Source: Candidatus Magasanikiibacteriota bacterium
GTDB lineage: Bacteria > Patescibacteriota > Patescibacteriia > Magasanikbacterales > 2-02-FULL-50-9b
Assembly (NCBI GenBank): GCA_943355025.1
Contig: CALRDW010000005.1
Span: 244 to 64,243 of the forward strand
DNA length: 64,000 bases
Reading direction: 5' to 3'
In this document: piece after piece, positions 59,587 through 64,000 of the stretch
Position numbering within the stretch: position 1 is the stretch's first letter
Layout of the letters: the number at the start of each line of letters is the position of its first letter
Notes under the pieces: model-generated
Told to the model about the DNA's origin: nothing
Database searches by the model: none
What the model saw: the letters and a program-made list of their open reading frames with translations, nothing else
Translations under genes and position numbers: made by a program

Positions 59587-60333
59587 TTATTTTTTTGCAA
59601 CGGGCGCTGTGCGCCAGAAAACAACACGGATTAAGCTTAGCACGTAAGAGAAAAGTATGGAAGTTACAATAAACAGAGATTTAACCATGGGCAGCGACCA
59701 CAGAATCACAAACGAAAAAATTGGAAATAAAATCCAATAGGTTAAATCTGATTGTTTTGGCATGCGTTTTGCGATTCGAAATCCAAAACCAATATCAAAA
59801 AATAAAATAAACCCGACAAGTCCCGCCCATAAAACATCGCGCTTCCCCACATCAAAAACAAGCGCGTCTGCAACAGTGGGCCCATATTGAATCGACGTAA
59901 AAATCGTGTTAAGACGTCCCGGATAATCGACTGAGTCATACAAAATTTTCGAAAGTTGCACACCCTGAATCGCGGTTACAAACACCTGATACAAAACAAG
60001 AAGAACAACAAACTGAATAGCAAGTTCAATAGTTTTTGCCCACGGCCGAATCTTAAATTTTTTCATGAGCCCGCGAATATACTCTTGCAAAAAAACAGGG
60101 TCAGCGCGGTGTACACGTTCCGCCTCATCGATTTCGGTTTGCATTTTTTGATATGAAACTTTGTTCCGTTCTGCCAAAATAGAAAATGGCAGAAGAACGA
60201 CGCGGAGCATAACCGTAAAATAAATCACTGCCCATCCCAAATTTTGGTGAGCAGCCGTATTATATAAATATACGAGCACATTTACGAGCGGCTGATACAA
60301 ATAGAGCTGCCAGATTTCAACAAAAATATGCAT
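59587..60333 (-). CDS. yidC: YidC/Oxa1 family insertase
   Basis: LYQPLVN.L, NLGWAVI.FT..LR..LLP, C-terminal TM segments. Confidence 0.8.
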   Translation of the reverse strand: MHIFVEIWQLYLYQPLVNVLVYLYNTAAHQNLGWAVIYFTVMLRVVLLPFSILAERNKVSYQKMQTEIDEAERVHRADPVFLQEYIRGLMKKFKIRPWAKTIELAIQFVVLLVLYQVFVTAIQGVQLSKILYDSVDYPGRLNTIFTSIQYGPTVADALVFDVGKRDVLWAGLVGFILFFDIGFGFRIAKRMPKQSDLTYWILFPIFSFVILWSLPMVKSLFIVTSILFSYVLSLIRVVFWRTAPVAKK

Positions 60334-60369
60334 AGGTAGGCCCTCATAATACCATGCCGGCGGCATATT

Positions 60370-61605
60370 CTACAATTCTGAAGTGTCTCGTGGAAGTACA
60401 ATATGAATAAACCAATCAATTAAAATTTTTGTTCGGTTTACTACGCTCCAGATCTGCCGCAAAAAAACAAATCGGCGTATAACCCATGCGATGCGTCCAA
60501 AAAATCTAAAGCCGCTAATTTCGGCAACAGCATACCAATCCCCAATCGGTACAATGTCACCTTTACTTTTAAATTTGAACGGTTCAAGCGGTGCGTTACG
60601 AAGAATCGCGCACAAATTTCGAGCAGCGCATCGCGCCGTAGCTCCTGCTGCCTGAGCAGTTTGTGGAACCATGACTGCGGCTGGCTCAACAATCTCCATG
60701 TTGTCGCCAATGACAAATACGTCCGGATGGTTAACCATTTGAAGTGTATTTTTTGTTTTAAGCAGTCCGCGCGTCGACAAAAATTCGTCATCAACAATAC
60801 CACGCAAATTGCTTTTAATTCCCGCACACCACACGCGGAGCCCTGCCTTGAGCATTTCGCCGCCAGCAAGCGCAACACCCTCTTCTGTACATGCCGAAAC
60901 CTGAGAATTAAGCACCATGCGCACACCCATGCGTGTAAGGCGGCGCGCCGCCTGTTCACCGAGCTCTGGATGAAACTGGCGAAGCAACCGATCACCCGCT
61001 TCGACGAGCAAAATAGAAATTTCATGTGCGTCAATTTCCTGATACAACTGCATGATTTCATGATGAAGCAGATCTGCGACTTGTCCCGCAAGTTCAACGC
61101 CTGCTGGTCCTCCTCCTATGATGACAAACGACAAAAGCGCACGTCGCTGCGCCTCATCATGCTCGCGTGTCGCTTTTTCGACGTGTCGAATTATATGGTT
61201 ACGAACCGTTACAGCGTCCTCGATCGATTTAAACGTAACACAATGTTTATCAACACCCGGAATACCGAAAAAATTTGGCTGAACGCCGAGTGAAACAACT
61301 AAATAATCGTATCGAATCACGCCGGCTGTTGTTGCGACCTCGCGTGTATTAAAATTAATGTGCTGAATTTCTGCTTGTGTAAATTGCTCTACACAACAAT
61401 CGACAATTTCTCGAAGCGGCTGTGTAATATGCCCGCGCTCAACAGATCCGGTCGCAACTTCATGCAGCATCGGATAAAATAAAAAATAGTTCCATCGAGA
61501 AACCATTCGAAAAGTCACATGTGGAACACCGTGCAACTTTTTGTGCAACGTTTTATAAAATTCAACGCCACCAAAACCACCACCTAAAATTACGATTTTC
61601 TTCAT
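60370..61605 (-). CDS. ndh: Type II NADH dehydrogenase family
   Basis: GGGFGG, FYPMLHEVATG, GGGPAGVELAG, FVIGD, PQTAQAA. Confidence 0.92.
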   Translation of the reverse strand: MKKIVILGGGFGGVEFYKTLHKKLHGVPHVTFRMVSRWNYFLFYPMLHEVATGSVERGHITQPLREIVDCCVEQFTQAEIQHINFNTREVATTAGVIRYDYLVVSLGVQPNFFGIPGVDKHCVTFKSIEDAVTVRNHIIRHVEKATREHDEAQRRALLSFVIIGGGPAGVELAGQVADLLHHEIMQLYQEIDAHEISILLVEAGDRLLRQFHPELGEQAARRLTRMGVRMVLNSQVSACTEEGVALAGGEMLKAGLRVWCAGIKSNLRGIVDDEFLSTRGLLKTKNTLQMVNHPDVFVIGDNMEIVEPAAVMVPQTAQAAGATARCAARNLCAILRNAPLEPFKFKSKGDIVPIGDWYAVAEISGFRFFGRIAWVIRRFVFLRQIWSVVNRTKILIDWFIHIVLPRDTSEL

Positions 61606-62656
61606 AGGTTGCTGCTGAATGCGCTTTTCGATATGCCCATAGTATCAGAAAAAATTCGATCGTACCAAATAACGCACCGATTATAGCGATAACTCGTACA
61701 AATTCACGCGCACCCAGGAGATAGAGCCCGAGAGGGATCCCTGTTGCACAGGCAATTGCAAACGCCGGACGAAAACCAAAATCCCACTGGAATGTTCGCC
61801 TTAAGGCTTGGCCAATCATAACAAAACTTGTACACATGGCGATAATTGCAAAAATATTTCCCGCCCAAATCATTCCTGGACCGATAGCTTGGCCCAATCC
61901 GATTGTCGCGATGTCTGTGGTTTCTCTTCCGGTCACGAGCACAACAGCAACGGCAAATAAAAGGTACAATAAAATAGGCAGAAGTGAGCCAGCAATGATT
62001 GCAGCGCGCAATTGTTTTGGATCTCGTCCCGTAATAAGTTCCATTTCAGGAATTGCAGACGTACCGTGAAATGCAAAAAGTAAAACACCGTACGGCAAAA
62101 ATAATGATGCATTCGGCGTCGGAAATAATGGAAAATGCTCTGCGGCTCCAAGCGCCGCCGCAGAAATAAAAAATAAAATAATTATTGTTGCAATATTCAT
62201 GAAATAATCAAACGTTGCAATCACTTTTGTTCCACGCACGATAATCAGTGTGCCACACAGAAAAAAAAGTAGTGACCATGCAAATGGTCGGCCGCCAAAT
62301 AAAATGCCGAGACTTTGACCACATCCGATTAAATATGCAGTCATCGCCCCAATATGCAACGCAAGAAAAACAATTGCCATGAGAATCGCTGCGCCAGATC
62401 CTAAATATGTTCTAATAATTCCTGTCATCTGGGCATGTTTCTTCGTTCGAAGTACAAGCTCGCCGAGCACCAGATGAACCGACATCACGAGCAGCCCCAT
62501 GCCAATAATATACGCAGTGCCGATAACGAGGCCGACGCGGGAAATCGCGTATGGAAGCCCAAGCACTCCTGCGCCGACAATCGTAGAAAATAATAACCCC
62601 GCGGCACGCACCCAGGGTTTATGAAACGGCTCAAATAAAAACGAGCGATGACTCAT
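61562..62656 (-). CDS. Aromatic amino acid permease (TyrP/Mtr-like)
   Basis: STIVGAGVLGLPY, YGVLLFAFHG...IPE, AMCTSF. Confidence 0.85.
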   Translation of the reverse strand: MSHRSFLFEPFHKPWVRAAGLLFSTIVGAGVLGLPYAISRVGLVIGTAYIIGMGLLVMSVHLVLGELVLRTKKHAQMTGIIRTYLGSGAAILMAIVFLALHIGAMTAYLIGCGQSLGILFGGRPFAWSLLFFLCGTLIIVRGTKVIATFDYFMNIATIIILFFISAAALGAAEHFPLFPTPNASLFLPYGVLLFAFHGTSAIPEMELITGRDPKQLRAAIIAGSLLPILLYLLFAVAVVLVTGRETTDIATIGLGQAIGPGMIWAGNIFAIIAMCTSFVMIGQALRRTFQWDFGFRPAFAIACATGIPLGLYLLGAREFVRVIAIIGALFGTIEFFLILWAYRKAHSAATYEENRNFRWWFWWR

Positions 62657-62671
62657 ATCAATATGTCCATT

Positions 62672-63802
62672 TTACGCGTGTTGCACGTCGAGCGCAATAA
62701 CAGTTCCAAATCGAGATGGTGTAATTGTTACACTACAGGGGACGATCCGCTTTGAAGAAGTTTGTACATTCGCCAAAATAGTTGTACGCCCTGTTCCGAG
62801 CGGCGCATTAATAAATTTTTTAATTATTTCGGCGTCTGATTCTTGAAAAATTTCGAGCACCGAAAAATTTTTCTCGGTCTTGCGCGACACTCCTGTGAGC
62901 ATATGCGCTGCGCGATTTAATGCTTCAACACGATCACCGCGAACAATTACAAGTGGTGTTGGTGCAATTTGAAATGCTTGTTGAAAAACTTCAAACTTTT
63001 CTTTGAAGTGTGTCGTTCGTTCTGCGGCCTCAGAAATATTTTCACCAACTCCGCGACAACCCACGATTGTTCCATCGCTGTCGAGCAGCGGGTGAATACT
63101 CCAACGCATGTGAATGTATTTACCTGTCGCCGACGTAAATCGATTTTCGCACACACCGAATGAGCGCCCTTGATTTACAATCTGCCAATAAATCTGCCAC
63201 ATACGCTGTACGTCCTCAGAATGCACGAGTCGCGTAAACGATTTTCCAACTAGATCTTCAGCCCGATATCCAAGCACGGGCAGTGCCGCGCTATTTACCT
63301 TTATAAAATTTCCTGCTGCGTCAAGTTCGAATGAAACGAGTTGTAGTGTTTCAATTAATTGTTTATATTCAAAATCTTTTTGCTCGGCCTGTTTTTTTGC
63401 AACAATTTCTTCGTTGACATTTTCAATCATCACAATCACGCCTTCAACAAGATTTCCTTTTAAAATAGGAATTATTTTTCTATGAAAATATCCAGTTTTT
63501 CCATCAACCGTTGTATGTTGAACGTAAAATTCTATGTGGGACTTTCCGCTATGAAAAACACGAGCGATAAGTGTCTCAAAACCTTGTCGCTCCAAATTTG
63601 GATAGACATCAAAGAGCTTTTTAAAAATAACATCGCGTTTTTCAAGTCCACTTGGAAGCGCGGCCTCATTCACAACAACGATTCTCCAATCACGGTCCAC
63701 GACAACAAATCGTTCACGCAAACAATCCATCACGCGTTCGCCCAGCGTTGATGAGTGCCCTTCGAGCGGGCTGGTCCGTGTAACAGCAGCGGGCTGAGAC
63801 AT
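62672..63802 (-). CDS. PAS-only sensor protein (about 3 PAS domains)
   Basis: VVDRDWRIVVVNEA, LDAAGNFIKVNSA...LVGKSF..LVHSED, VEALNRAA; no output domain. Confidence 0.8.
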   Translation of the reverse strand: MSQPAAVTRTSPLEGHSSTLGERVMDCLRERFVVVDRDWRIVVVNEAALPSGLEKRDVIFKKLFDVYPNLERQGFETLIARVFHSGKSHIEFYVQHTTVDGKTGYFHRKIIPILKGNLVEGVIVMIENVNEEIVAKKQAEQKDFEYKQLIETLQLVSFELDAAGNFIKVNSAALPVLGYRAEDLVGKSFTRLVHSEDVQRMWQIYWQIVNQGRSFGVCENRFTSATGKYIHMRWSIHPLLDSDGTIVGCRGVGENISEAAERTTHFKEKFEVFQQAFQIAPTPLVIVRGDRVEALNRAAHMLTGVSRKTEKNFSVLEIFQESDAEIIKKFINAPLGTGRTTILANVQTSSKRIVPCSVTITPSRFGTVIALDVQHA

Positions 63803-63821
63803 AGGACTAACGGCTAAATTT

Positions 63822-64000
63822 CTATCGTGATTTGACTATACCACGAACCGAGGCAAGCGCAAAGAAGAGGGTTGCGACGAGTACGACTGCAGGTCCGCTT
63901 GCAATTGATAGTTGGGCCGAAACAAGGAGTCCTAGAATCATGCTCACAACTGCGATTACAACACTTGCAATTACCATTCCACGAAACGAACGTGCAATGT
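63822..64000 (-). CDS. C-terminus of a ZnuB/MntB-type metal ABC transporter permease (partial)
   Basis: Manual translation IARSFRGMVIASVVIAVVSMILGLLVSAQLSIASGPAVVLV...SR*. Confidence 0.8.
   Translation of the reverse strand, partial: IARSFRGMVIASVVIAVVSMILGLLVSAQLSIASGPAVVLVATLFFALASVRGIVKSR

Noticed and set aside
1-64000. CRISPR array, rRNA, tRNA, transposase/integrase, prophage, stop-codon recoding
   Set aside because: None was seen by eye, and conserved genes such as hrcA-operon neighbours, recJ and pyrC end normally, including at TGA.

Overview
Chromosomal segment of a small-genome bacterium using genetic code 11, most likely Patescibacteria/CPR (Parcubacteria-like). That call is an inference from the short MetK and HrcA, the membrane-anchored Clp ATPase, GAGC-type lipoproteins and SD-less core genes. 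Core content: metK under a SAM-I riboswitch, rplU, mraZ-rsmH-ftsL, uvrA/B/C, murJ, lepA, recJ-RNase HI, the CIRCE-controlled hrcA-grpE-dnaK-dnaJ operon, yidC, ndh and pyrC/pyrD/pyrE. The left end (about 1.7-7.1 kb) is a defence-like island: degenerate NYN, aspartyl protease, Shedu/DUF4263, DUF2075 nuclease-helicase, MazG-like and DUF3800. The top candidate novelty is an unannotated ~125-nt structured RNA with a near-consensus promoter and its own terminator, convergent with the DUF3800 gene. Other highlights are a divergent MoxR-like AAA+/HExxH-vWA pair sharing one overlapping bidirectional -10 element, an inverted pair of perfect DnaA boxes inside uvrC, an Elf1-like zinc-ribbon ORF, a PLP decarboxylase with an unusual PLP motif, and a Cys-rich modular surface protein. 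All family calls come from motif recognition by eye; no searches were run.
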